Position numbers and translations under genes: made by a program
From: Hydrolagus affinis
Taxonomy: Eukaryota
Assembly (NCBI GenBank): GCA_012026655.1
Contig: JAAILG010000060.1
Coordinates: 1 to 64,000 of the forward strand
Direction: 5' to 3'
DNA length: 64,000 nt
Part shown: positions 37,531 to 50,095 of the stretch, in pieces
Numbering within the stretch: the first letter of the stretch is position 1
Layout of the letters: the number at the start of each line of letters is the position of its first letter
The notes under the pieces: generated by a model
Seen by the model: the letters and a program-made list of their open reading frames with translations, nothing else
Database searches by the model: none
What the model was told of the DNA's origin: nothing

Positions 37531-38846
37531 GTACCAGACTTTCCTCAAACGACTCTTCAGGGCCATTCTCAGAACAAAAGCTACTATAGTTTGCCGACCA
37601 TTTCATGCTGTAATTCATGCTTCACCCGTGCGTGATTCGGATTTTAATGTGAAATAGCAATCCCAGAAGCAGTGAAATCACCAATTGGGACTCATTAACA
37701 AGCTTTTTCAAAGTTATAATAGTATAATACAGGACTCATTTAGTGAAGTAAACTGAGAAAATGTAATGATGAATGCTGCTGGATTTGAGAGAAAGCAGCA
37801 AAGCTGGTGATGAGGTTTACATCCACTTTACCAGTAAGAGGACTGAGAGGGCTCCTGTCTTGAGTCAGTCACCCTAACAGCTCAAAGCCAAGTGCAATCC
37901 CCCAGCCAGCAGGGGCCTGCTGTCTGTGTCAACACCATGAATGGAATACTATTTATTTAGTTTTTGTGAAGCATTTTCTCCCCTGTCATTGCACAGAACT
38001 TGGCAAGAGTACAGATTCCAGACCTCCAACAACACCGTGAGGGAACCACAGTTAGTCAGTTGAAAATGCAGGAATGGTGGGCATGTTGATTCATATGACC
38101 TTCTGCTTCCCTTGCCTCAGCTCCATTGGAGCTTTACCCCAGACAGCTCTGTTGTGTGAGAAAACCCAGGTCTTATTGTTTAATGGTTACATTAGCCATC
38201 AACTACTTGCTGTGCCGCTGGCTGATATTAGGCTACTCTCCAGGAAATTAAAAGTGTAATTCAATAATTCGATAAACAGTTTTATCACAATGTGTGCTTT
38301 AACAATTCTATTTCAGATGTGCGTGTGTGTGTACTTCATAAAGGTAAAGCATGAGTGGAAATGTTAGAGAGCTCTAGATCAATCCATGTTGGGGTATGCG
38401 TGTCTGTCAAATGATGCTATGTTTACCGTGATATGATGCAATGTTGTATTCCTTATCTAAACATCCCTCTATTGCGTATCAACTGTTGTGAGTGCCTGAA
38501 TTTTTGTGCTAAGTTTAAATCTGAATGGACAGTGAACAGTTTGCTGCTCGGTATGAATATGTAGCAAAAAAATCTTTATGATCATGGACCTTTTTTCTCT
38601 GCTGCAGACAGCATATGATCTGCGGTGCAGACAGAAGTACTTGTGCTTCAGAATGTTATGGCGCTACAGGAATGCCGATTGTGGTATATGAAGACAATGA
38701 TTGCTGTGCTCCAGTCAATTTAATGACGTGTTATCAATTCTATCAATACTTAAGCTAAAGTTCTCCATTCGGTACATCACGCCAACCACACACCATGTAA
38801 AACTGCCATCTTGCCCTCTGCTCTCACCCTCTCTTATCTATATAGA

Positions 38847-39214
38847 TAATAATAATCTTGCATTCGATATAGCGACTTATAACATCTTCGAGACTTCTCA
38901 AAGAGTCTCACAGAATATACTGTAAAGTGAATTGACTGTATATTTTGTGGATGAAACACAGCATCAGATTGCACACAACAGTAGCCCATAAACAGTCGTG
39001 GGTTGAGTGACCACGTTTTAAAAAATTATTATTATTTGAATGGATTATTAGCCTCAGAAAAGAAATCTACCAATCGACTAATAACCAGGTTCCTACTCAA
39101 TGCTAAATGAAAAGAGGTGTGTGGAATAAGGAAACCTGCCCAACGTTTCTCTCTGCCCGAGAATCATAATCAGGTCCCCTCGCTTCTGAAACCACCACTA
39201 AAGTGCAGGACTCC
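38847..39214 (-). mobile_element. tRNA-derived SINE (young family), degraded
   Basis: AATAATAATCTTGCATTCGATATAGCG...CACAGAATATACTGTAAAGTGAATTGACTG...GGAAACCTGCCCAACGTTTC...GGACTCC. Confidence 0.75.
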
Positions 39215-41577
39215 GTAGCTAATCCCTGATCCCCAAAAGTAATTGTGCTTGAAAATGTTCAGCCGTGGCTCCTTCTCCACTATTGAACTCAGGTAACATT
39301 CTCTCCTCAGGCAATATTCTTCTGCAAAGCCCCAGCCAACCTGAAACAATTATACCTTTCGGAACATTTCTTCATTTCCAGTTTGCTCCTATAACATTCA
39401 ATACAAGTCTATAATGAACTTGTTCTTTATTTGAAATGGTTATATATCTGAAGGAGGTAATCAATACTGAATGAACTGCTTTGAAATTGTTCCACACATC
39501 ATCCCCTCTATTGTGTGAGGAACACCTGCTCATCCTGTAGAACTTGACACAACCTCAATAGAATCATTCTGATAGTACTATACTTGATCATTGGTTCAGT
39601 AACACCATGTGGGTTTGGAGTCAGAAGTCCTTCTATTCCTATGTTACTAAGTATGCCATATTTGGAAAAAGAACATAAGTTTCTAGTAAGATAGCAATGC
39701 CTTGTAATAGTGAGTCTGAGAGTTTTTAACCATATGCATCCTTCTAAGGGGCTTTAAATTTATAGTGAGCGTTTTAAATCCTGGTCTGTTCTGGGTCTCC
39801 GTTTGCATTAAGAGTTGAGTTACTCATCTGACAAATACTACCGGGATGAGCCAGCCAAACCTTCACTGTCCAAGGAAAGTTTCTCCTGCATTACTTTAGC
39901 TTTTGTGCTACTTTAAATCTGAATGGGACTAAATCTAAAATGCAAATACAAAAATGTTTCATTCAGAGTTGTGGTGAAGGTTGAGGTTGAAGGTTTTGGA
40001 AAACATTATTGGGAGAGCTGGATTCTGATTGTAAAGTAGTTGGCACATTCTTCAAAGCTAGCCAAATGTATTGTTAGATATTGCGAAGTCTGAGAAGTGG
40101 CAGTGTGAACGGCAGATCGGGTGGGCCTTAGGCTTGTACCTGAGAGTGGGGTGGGCCTGTGCCATGTAAAAGGACTGAAGGTATCTCTGCTTTAGATGGC
40201 AACACAGGGAAGCCCTCGGAAACCCGCGTCAGTGGTAACTTGGCTGGTGAGTGCAAAAAGTGCATGTGGTTGGCATGAGCTGCGTGGAACCACATTGGGA
40301 AAGAGAATGGGGTGTAGGAATGCAAGCCAAGATGTCTGTCACCCTTGCGTCTCTAAGTAGTTGGAAATGGTTGTGTATTGACCGAGACGCTGGGGCCACT
40401 GGAACCTTCGTCTCTATTTAGGGAAGCTGCATGAGTACATTTGGTTCTGTGTGACCCTGGATCTTGCCACAATATGAAAACATGTCTACCTTCATTGCTG
40501 GAGTTCACAAATTAATGCATCTTTACCCTTTCTAGACATGCAGCATCTGCCAACCATCACAGCCCCCTTGGGACCACCAGAGAGTAAAACAGCTTTGCTG
40601 ATTTAGACATGCATGTTGTACAGTATTTGGTAATGGCATAATCAAGCTGTGAGGCAAATGCAACCTGGACTTGGGTTTAACGAACAAAGCTATACTAACC
40701 TGAGCACCAAAGTGGTTAACCTAAGCGCTCCATCATTTTCACATCCTCCCCTAAATCGCATATTTCACATTGGCGTGAAAAACAATTTCAATCACTTACT
40801 GATTTGGAAATATGCTATGTTTGAAATTGCTTTTCCACTTCGATGCACAATGTCTGTTTTTTTTTACCAGAAAAAAAAATGACCTAGCGTTGTGGGAATT
40901 GAACTTGTCTGTCTAGATTGTAAATGCATATCAGGGATCCGGTCTCTCTGCACAAACTGAACCTGTCCTTCAGCCGCTGAAGGTTTTTTTGTAAGGATGA
41001 ATCCTTCCTGTCCCCTTTCTTGAAATGTAAACCACGGTCAGAATCCAGCAAAAAATTATTATTCTTGGCATTAAGTATCTTTTTTTGGTTTGTTCTCAAC
41101 AGTAGGAAAATGCTTCACTTGAGCAGTTTCTGCTTTGGGGGGAATTTGGGCAAATGTTTTCAATTTGCAAGCTCTCATTTCTTCGTGGCTCACAAATCTC
41201 GCCAAGAACTATCACTTATATTTAAGATTTTTTCATCTTTCAGTAACAATCTGCTTAAGTTCCCTTTCCCTGTCTACTTTCCAAAAAGTTCTTAAAAAAT
41301 CAACATCTTTGAATGTGCCTTTGGTTATTTTCCTCGTATCCTCTCTTCCACTCTGCCGAGGCGCTCACTTTGTGTCTGTGAAGCCCTTTAACTGCCCACT
41401 AGGTGTGATGTAAGTAGGTGGAAGTTCTTGTATTGCTTCGATTGCTAAAGAAATCAATTATCACATCCTTCCTTTGCATACCGAAGTTTTCCTTTCCCCT
41501 GAATATCAAAAGTTATTTAAATTGTATTTTTTGTACTGTACTTATCTGTATAAATACAAAACTACAATTTAAATACT

Positions 41578-42003
41578 AAATAAAATTACATTAGTAAGGC
41601 ACCTTTTATATTGGGATAATGTCCCAAGACACTGAATAGTCAGGGATTAGGATACAAGCAGAGAGGGGGATATTGGGATCAGAGAGGGTGAAGGATGGGA
41701 AGGGTGGGGGTAGGAGGCACTGTCGTAAAGGATGGTCTTGAGATGGCAAGGGAGGGAGTGAGGTGAAGGGAAAGTGGGATGAAGTTCCAGAGGGCAGGGG
41801 CAGAAAGGTTAAAAGCCTGACCGCCAATGGTGGGTCGGGCTGGGTGGGGAACATGGAGCAGGCTGGAGCCTGCTGAGCAGAAGGAATGGACAGGTTGAAA
41901 AGGAGCTAGCAGGTTGGAGAGATAGGAGTGGGCAAGGCCACCTAGGGCCTTGGGGGTGAAGATGAGAATTTTGAACTCAATCCTCTGAGGGATGGGAGCC
42001 ATT
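41578..42003 (-). mobile_element. L2 3' fragment
   Basis: Minus-strand ORF PIPQRIEFKILIFTPKALGGLAHSYLSNLL...TIGGQAFNLSAPALWN, a typical L2 ORF2 C-terminus. Confidence 0.9.
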
Positions 42004-42339
42004 TAATGCAATGATCTATTTGTTTAATCTGCTGCTTGATAAATCAACCCAAGTACAGTATACTGAAAGCACCGGCTGATGATTTTTAAAAGTATGAAAT
42101 TAATCTGAAACTGACGAGCGGGTTGTTTAGAAAGGGGAATAACCTAAACTGTTTTATAATCGGAGGCTTGAATAACAATGATCCCGTACAAAAACTTCAG
42201 TGTGATGTTCTTAATCCAGCAGTGAAGCCGGCTGTTATTGACATTGCATGTGATGGAATATCAGCACTCAAGTTCAATGCCTATAATAAGAGCAACTTTG
42301 TGGGTCACAGTCATAAGCCATGAAATGTCAGTTACACGG

Positions 42340-42545
42340 TGCTGGCAGCTTATGCATGGCTTCCCATTGCTTGTCCAGCTAGGACCATCCTACCCTTTAT
42401 GGGTTATGGCTTTGTGTTGCAGCCCTAATTGGAGTTGATAGAGAAAAATCCCTGCCCCTTCGAGTGCTGCCGAATAGCTTTGCTGGCTGGTCTGCCATCA
42501 GCAGTACTTTTGAATACTGTGGACCTGCCTGGCTCAGGAACCAGA
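42340..42545. repeat. Unassigned ancient interspersed repeat, copy B
   Basis: Colinear with 23790-24030; exact 26-nt core at 42370-42395. Confidence 0.6.
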
Positions 42546-42717
42546 CATCCCAAACCCATGCAACAATTTGCAATTGTGTAGTTCAGAAAGGAATAATATT
42601 AATTTAAAAACTCTGGTTCAACACCTGGAAAGCATGCGTTTTTCTTAACTCCAGTCCTGTTAATGTTACTGAGCAAGTTGGGTTGGGAAACACCAACAAC
42701 ACAAATGTCTATTAATT

Positions 42718-42815
42718 ATGTTAAGTGCCTTGAATGGTGTGTGTTTTAAAATTCCCTGTGTAATGGGTGTGGGTGTGTTAAATGCCCTGTGTGACAGTCG
42801 CATGTGTTAAATCCC
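42718..42815. repeat. Degenerate minisatellite (about 30 bp unit, 3-4 copies)
   Basis: Recurrent TGTGTT(TT)AAA(A)T(G/T)CCCTGTGT units. Confidence 0.55.
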
Positions 42816-44985
42816 AGCATCTGCTTCTTGGTAATCTATACAAAGAAATAACTTCAAGAATTCTTTAGGTGGAGTACTTTCTTTACATCACATGAAATTA
42901 CTTTCCAATCTCAATTGCCAATTTTAGATCAAGCACCATGGGGCAAATCTGAGGAGTTCAATGTCCTATAGATTTAATTAGCAATAAGGACACCTGTTAG
43001 GTATATGTGATGACATCTCACTCACATAAATAATTCCCAATTGGGCTTCCTTGTGAGCCCCTGGTATAGATCACGTGAAACCGATGAGATCTTGCCAACA
43101 GCACATCATTCAAACATTTAACACTGTTAAAATTGTAGCTGGTTGTTCAAAAAGGGAATTGGACCATTCATGGTCTTGAAGAAAATAAAAAAAACTCCCT
43201 ATTGAACTGCCATGGGTCATGCAGCACATTCCAAGACAAACTGTATAGTGTATCATGAGATGTGCTCACTGGGGGGAAAACAGACTTGTCCAAGTCTAGT
43301 GTGTGGTGCCCAATTAGCTTATACAGTGGTTACATTAGATAAACAAAATTGGATTTGAACAGTCCACGTGACAAGTTGCCTCTCGATTGAGGCTGCTGAA
43401 CTGAGTTAAATTTACCTACCACTGCAGAGAGCTTGAGGGATCCCCAACCCACTCTGAAGGGCCTCAAAAAATGAATGTAGATTAGGTCAAGGTGCTGATT
43501 TGTGATCATGATGTGAGTAAGAGTCATGGAATGTGTAACATACCCATCGTTTGGGGAGTCTTGTACAGACGTGGTGTTGAAAGTCATGCTGGTCTGGGTC
43601 ATATGATCACCACTGCAACATACACAAGATGCTGAACTGTGTGCCTCACTGGAAAATAGCCTTGTAATATATTCCCATCAGTCACACAATTATTGGGCGA
43701 GGGAGGTAGGGAAGGGGGGTCTTAAAAGCTTGTAACGTACAAATCACATGTGCAACTTGGAGATCTGAGCCCAGCTCTGATTCCTCATGATTTTTCAGGA
43801 AGTTACAACTTCATGAATTATCAAAATAAACTGTGCCTATATAGAGGATACACCATGAGTTGTGAGGATGCAAGTGAGTTGATATGCCTTTAGGAGAGAG
43901 GAGGAGAGAAAATTGCAAAGTGCAAAAGGATCAAATCAAATTTAATTGGAATTTTAATTTTTAATAGAAACAAACTATTCACAGCAGCATCTGCTCTGAG
44001 TTATGAGTGACGCATCGGCATGAAATGGGAGCAGTATTTTACTGAAAAGATGGGGGTGGGAGGATTGCATGTGGTATAGATTGTATTTTTTAAATGTTGG
44101 AGGGAGTTGAAGACTGTAACTATATCTGAGAGTTTGATTAACATACACAAACAGCTTGACCATTCTAGTTGATTTGTACATGCTGCTTATTAATTTCCCA
44201 ATATGTTGCATGAGGTGAAGTCCTTCAGGAGCTTACATGGATTCTCTTTGAAGAGATGCCATAATTCAACCCTTTTCAAAGTAGTAATTTCTCCTTACCA
44301 AGAAAATCTACTCATTCCCTGAAACTAAATTCTCCTCTTTTTTTAAAAAAAATGACTATATATTCAACATGCAGTGTCTCAGTGAAACTTTATGATATTT
44401 TCTTTTCCTATTTGAAATGGGATCTCATCAGAACATTTAAATATGAAACTATTTGCTCTTACTGTGCATGCAAGAATTGATCTTTGACCTGTTTCCCAGT
44501 GAGGAGCAAAATATGCTGACGTTATCATAAATTGACTACAGGCAGAAAGAGTTGGCCACTTTATAACGTGGATTTTCCACTGGATTCTAATGTTTGCTGC
44601 CCTGTTTTGAATCAGCACCAATGCCTTTATGCTCATGGGAGAAGAGTGGAAGAAAGAGAGAGAACAAACTATTTGGGGACCAATCAAAATTAGTGAATGA
44701 CAACAGAAACTAAATGTGATATTTTAACAAGCACCTTACCACTGGACAACCACATCAGTCTTCACCAGATTCAACAAAACTGGCTGCCTGTCTACAGCAA
44801 GTTTCTGAACTTCATCATATACTGCTCACCTAAACCCAGAGTTGGTAGAGGGTCACAATGTTTGTCACTTTGACATTGACAAGTCACTTTATCAATGACA
44901 GCCTCCAAGTTCTCAACAAGTAGATTTTTGGGACTTCACAGCTAAACAGAAAGATGTTTTGTGTTTAAGTTGAGCCTTTGTAATT

Positions 44986-45288
44986 TGATAATAATCCTTG
45001 CATTTGATATCATGCTTTTCAGATCTTCTAGACGTCTCAAGGCACTTCACAAAATATACTGTAAAGTAATTTGACTGTATATTTTGAGGGTGAAACGCGG
45101 CAGCCAATTGCACACACCAGTGTCTCACAAACAGTCGTGGATTGAAGTGACAATATTATTTTTTTGTTGAGGGATTATTATCAAGTGTGTGAACTAAGGA
45201 AACTCGCCCAAAGTTTTGCCCTGCCAGGAATCAAGCCCACATTTCTCGCTTGCAAGGCAAGTGTTCTAACCACTGAGTTATAGACTCC
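44986..45288 (-). mobile_element. Young tRNA(Ala)-derived SINE, full length
   Basis: Reverse complement GGAGTCTATAACTCAGTGGTTAGAACACTTGCCTTGCAAGCGAG... (anticodon loop CTTGCAA = TGC) through to the L2-type tail. Confidence 0.88.
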
Positions 45289-46642
45289 AATTTAAAGGGG
45301 AATGCGCAATAATCTTGCCTGACCAGCAGGGTGCAAACCCCACACCAGGTTTAGTGTTAACATTCCGATGCAATGCATAACATACATTTAGTTACTTGCT
45401 TTCCTGAACTTTCAGAAGCTGCCACAATTGATGTCCACACAACCCTCCCAGTGAGAGGTGACTGTACTATCAACTGAGCTAGAAATAAAATAGACATGCA
45501 CTGAGAGCTTTTATAAATACTGTATATATATATTATTTTTCTTTATGATAAAGGAGATCATAGGAATTCATAAGGAATAGTCATTTGGTGGGAGTGATAA
45601 TGGTCTCTCAGACTACCACTTCCCACACAGTCTCCAGGTTGGTTAGTTATGTGACCATTTTAACGGATTATTTTCTGATCATCACTACAAACTTAAAATT
45701 TTGCAAATGATAGTTTTTTAGCAAAATTATGAAGCAATAAGTTACTCCCTTTCAAAGGCTTTCTGACTCTTTGTAGCCTCCCAAATCATTGCAGATAAAA
45801 ATAAATGGGAGTTACAATTTGGCATTAAACCACTGTATTGATTTGCTTTAGTCATTCCACTTTCCAAGACTGTCTTTATCCTGAATGTGAGCTGCTGTAA
45901 ATGCCAAGAAGACCATAGCAATGTTACCAAAGGAAACCTTATTCCCCAAATGTAATGGTGAAATTGCATATTTATCTAGAATTTTATAATACTGTACCAA
46001 GATCCGTTTCACAATGTTTGGCTTGTGCCAACGCATTCCCTCGATTGCTAAACCTCATAACACGTGCACATGTCAATCCTTGTTGCCTGATGCTTTCTGA
46101 CACTGTTTCTAATTGAGAAATTGTGTTTTTTTTAAAAAAAAGCTCCTATATAAAGTGATTCACTTGCTATGAAAGTCCAGTTGCACAATGCCTGAGTCAG
46201 CATTCTGTAACTAAGTAAAGTTGTGTTAAAGGTTTTTTATAGAAAGCATTTATAAAACTGAGTTATTTCTGGTTCAAGAGCTCACTTTGGCAGTTGACAA
46301 TCTCCATCTCAACAATATCCAAACATCTGAACAATACTATTTTGTTAGACAAGTCAACTGGATGATACTTTGAGGGATTGGTGGCTGGGTGATGGATTGA
46401 AATTATTTAGGTCTTTGTACAGTATTCATTCCCAAATGGCTGGGGGAATTGGGATCTATAATCAAATTGAAATGGATTTTCTGTATAATCGGGGAAATAA
46501 CAGAGTTGTGTAAAATGAAATGGATGCTCTTTATAGAACTGATAGAAAAATTGTTTGATCAATTTGTTTTTTTGTCATTTTACTTCTCTGGCCTCTGGGG
46601 ACCAGTTCTGCATTATACAATATACGCTCAAAGCACCGTCTA

Positions 46643-46708
46643 AACAACAACAAAATTACATTTGTTTACAGTTGCGCCTTTCACATCGGATGGGCATCCC
46701 AAGGCGCA
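46643..46708 (-). mobile_element. L2 3' terminus only (second subfamily)
   Basis: AACAACAACAAAATTACATTTGT...GCGCCTTTCACATCGGATGGGCATCCCAAGGCGC. Confidence 0.75.
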
Positions 46709-46861
46709 GGAATGTCCTACTGCAGGACTCTGATTTCAGTGTGTTCCATGGTAAGCCCATCCAACGTGCTCCTCATTATCAATTTATTTGCCTTTTAAAA
46801 TTGAAATAGTTTTCTCTTCTTCCAATTACAAGCTTTTCCTCTCCTTAATGTGCTGATTTAT

Positions 46862-47100
46862 GTCAAATGTTCCTGGGGTTGAGTCCCAATCTGTGCTGAA
46901 TTTCCTGATCTGTACTGGAAGTGGGGGCAGGTGAGGGGGGTGTGCTACTATTTGCCTGTAGGAAAATCAGCCAGGAATCCTGTTCTCAATCACTCTCCAG
47001 TGACCCTGAGTGAAAAGTGCAAGACCATGAACATCAGGTGAAGGCAAGATCAAGCTAGGCTGTCTTATCCCTGTAACTGAATAGCTCAAATACTCAATAC
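46862..47100 (+). mobile_element. Ancient LF-SINE-like element
   Basis: TCTGTGCTGAATTTCCTGATCT...GGAAAATCAGCCAGG..TCCTG.TCTC.ATCACT.TCCAGTGACCC...ACATCAGGTGAAGGCAAGATCAAGCTAGGCTGT...GAATAGC. Confidence 0.55.
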
Positions 47101-47299
47101 TCAAACCTTGCACTTTAGGAGATCGTCAATTGAGTTGTGAGATGCACTACTTGAAAGCATTCTACTTAGAATGCGAAGCTGCTTTCCGTAGTGAAGTATA
47201 CAAAAATCAAGTGTACAAGCTCTATCCATTTTACTGAAAAGCAATATTCCTTATATGATGTAAGAATGTTCGATCACAAAATATCACAAAAGAATTCTC

Positions 47300-48562
47300 G
47301 TTCACAAAAGTAATTCACTTTACAATGTATTCTGTGAAGTGCTTTGAGACATCTCGAATGATAAGGTACTATGTCAAATGTCAAAGTATTATATACTATG
47401 TTTTTGAGGTGTCTCCAAGCAATTCACAGGATACCCTGTGAAGTGGTTTGACTGTGTATATTGTGAGCAAAACTCACTAAGCAATTTGACCACAACAATG
47501 TCCCACAAAGAGTCATGGAGTGAGTTACCAATTTTATTTGGGGGATTATTGCCAGAATACCAGATGAAACTCCCTTCTATTTTCAAATAGTGTTATGAGA
47601 TCTTGAACATCCAACAACAACAAATTGACTTATATAACCCCGACCCCCATGCCAGAGCGCTTAACAGTAGTAAAGCCTAACTTCGAGCCAGGGAGTGGTT
47701 GTGCTATAAGCACGGTCAAAGAGGAAGGTTTTCAGATGGGACTTGAAAAGGGAGAGAGAGGGGTCAAGGTGGAGGGGTTGAGGCATAGTACACCAGAGTT
47801 TAGGGGCATAGTGGCTAAAAGCATGACTTCCAATAGTGGGGCGGATGGTGCAAGGGACAAGCAGGAGGTTGGTGCCAGTCAAGCAGAGGCTCTGGGTGGT
47901 GATTTGGGGAGTGAGGAGGTTGGAAAGGTAGGAAGGTGCCAGGGAATGAGTAGATTTGAACACATGTTTGAGGATCGTGAAGTCAAGTGAAGCCTGGCCA
48001 GAACTGGTGAGATGTGGGTACAAAGCTTGGTCTGGGTCAGTATACAGGCAGCGCAGTTCTGAATCAGCTGGATCTTTTGGATGGTTGAGCTGGAGAGACG
48101 GTGATAAATACATGTGCCAGGGTTTCGGCTGTAATTGGGGTAAGGAGGCGGGCGATGTGGTGGATGTGGAAAAAGGCAGTCCTGGCAAGGGCCCGTATGT
48201 GTGGAAGGTAGGACAGCTGCGGGTTGAAACGAACGCCTAGATTGTGCATGTGAGTTCAAGGGAGAGCCCAGGGAGGTTGAGGAGTTTACAACCACAAGAG
48301 TGAAGATGTTGATGGGAACCAAGGAGTATGGCTTCCATCTTGTCCATGTTCAGCTGCAGGATGTTTACCAGAACAGGCTGACGGGCCTTGGTTTAACATC
48401 TCATCTGAAGGATGATAATCCCTCTGATAATGCCACCACCCTCCACCCCCACCTTCCCCCTATACTGCAGCGTCATCTTAGACTTTGTGATTTCAAGTCT
48501 TGATGTAGGGCTTGAAACTTCCTGACTCAGAGGTGAGAGCTCTACCACTTAGCCAGGCCGAC
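47300..48562 (-). mobile_element. Deu-domain SINE (47390-47611 and 48366-48562) split by an L2, preceded by a short + strand SINE tail
   Basis: The Deu core breaks at ATAGTGTTATGAGATCTTGAACATCC and resumes at ACCAGAACAGGCTGACGGGCCTTGGTTTAACATCTCATCTGAAGGA. The head CTGACTCAGAGGTGAGAGCTCTACC lies at about 48530. Confidence 0.75.
47612..48365 (-). mobile_element. L2 LINE, about 750 bp 5'-truncated
   Basis: Minus-strand remnants HNLGVRFNPQLSY.PHI, IQLIQNCAACIL, APSYLSNLL...IGSHAFSHYAPKLW...FKSHLKTFLFDRA; (CAA)n tail at the left end. Confidence 0.92.
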
Positions 48563-49779
48563 AAACTCACCATTATTTCACTATTGTATCCTACCTTTCC
48601 AAGGGTTGTCAAGGTCTATTAAAAAGAAAAAAATGATAGTTGTCCTTTTATAATTAGACAGTGACTTTCTCTGGAGTTGTGTTTGTGTTCAGATTATGGG
48701 GCCTTCAGTTCTTTATGCGCACGTGGGAACATCTGGTGGAACAAAATAATTAACCTTTCCTTATTTAGGTGCTGGGGTCTAGTTCATGGTAAAGTTTATC
48801 TAATAAAGATTGTTAATTATGAAAGAGAGTCTATCTAGAGCTTTTGGAGAAAGTAAAATGGTCAGGAATTCCTGGTTCACATCGACCATGACCTTTAAAC
48901 ATCCTGTCAACTAATGATAAAAGTGTGTGTTATTTCTGAGCCCTCATTATAAATTGTAATGAATCATTGTAAGCCGTTTGTATGGGTGGTTTCATGTGAG
49001 TAGGCATAAGTGACCAACCTTATTTGGCCAATGCCACTGCTGCCTTGTTGTCAGTGTCAATGCCCAGTCTGAAGCTAAAGTTTAGGTCCATTTGAACTAA
49101 TGAAAGATCCTGTTATTGTCATTTCCTTGCCAGATTGTTCAAAAATCTGCCTCTTGCAGCATCAGAGTATAGTGATGATACATTGAGGCCTATTGTCTTC
49201 AGTAAAACAAAAATATACTTCAGCAATTTTAGTTCTTGTTTATCATCACCTCCTGCACAGAGGCACTTTAGTTCTAAATTCCCTATCAGTTTCAATGACT
49301 ACGATTCTTTCACTGTGATCTCATTCTGTTTTGCCAATTCCAATACCTCATCATCTGTAGATTACATTTGCCATGCACAGTAAAACTTACTGTTATTTTC
49401 TTGTCATTCTAGACTAACTGGGAATTGAGAGACTGTGAATTAATGCTTTGAGGTTTAAAATTCAAAGCATTTATCAGAGATGGAAATTCACACATTCCAT
49501 TGTAATCCAGGTGCCATAAATGACTTTTGATTTAAATAGGAGCCCAACTAGTTACATGAAGCCTGCTATTATATATGGTTAGCCTTATGAGCAAAGTCTT
49601 TAAATGTTAAGATATAGAGATATTCACTGATAACAGATATCCTTCATATCCTAATATCCATTAACACTGAACCATTTGGTGTCTTGGGTTATAAAACATA
49701 AATATGATCTAACAATAATAATCCTTGCATATGATAGATATTCTGTTGAAGTTATTCCCAGTAACAGTTAAAATTGGCA

Positions 49780-50095
49780 AGAGGTAGTTTAGATAAAGAT
49801 ATTTGTTAAATGGAGATGTCTCAAAGGTACAGTGTATAAAATGGTGCAAAGGAAGCTAACCCTGAACAATACTTTCTGACAAAGTCTATGGATGTAAAGG
49901 GTGAATTTAGGACAAACACCAAGTATTTCTTTTCAGAGAGAGTAACCGCTGGGACAGGTCACCAGAACGGGTGGTAGAGATCAGGATACTCAGAAGCAGC
50001 TTGATGCTAAAATGGTGAGACAGTGAGGTTGGAGTTCTGGAAGATTGAATGCCAAGGAGCCTCATGGCTGCTTTATCTGAACCTGTGTTATGATC
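49780..50095 (+). mobile_element. CR1 3' fragment, degraded
   Basis: GGTGAATTTAGGACAAAC...TTCTTTTCAGAGAGAGT...GGTGGTAGAG...AGAAGCAGCTTGATGCT (FF.ERV...VVE...KQLD-like). Confidence 0.55.
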
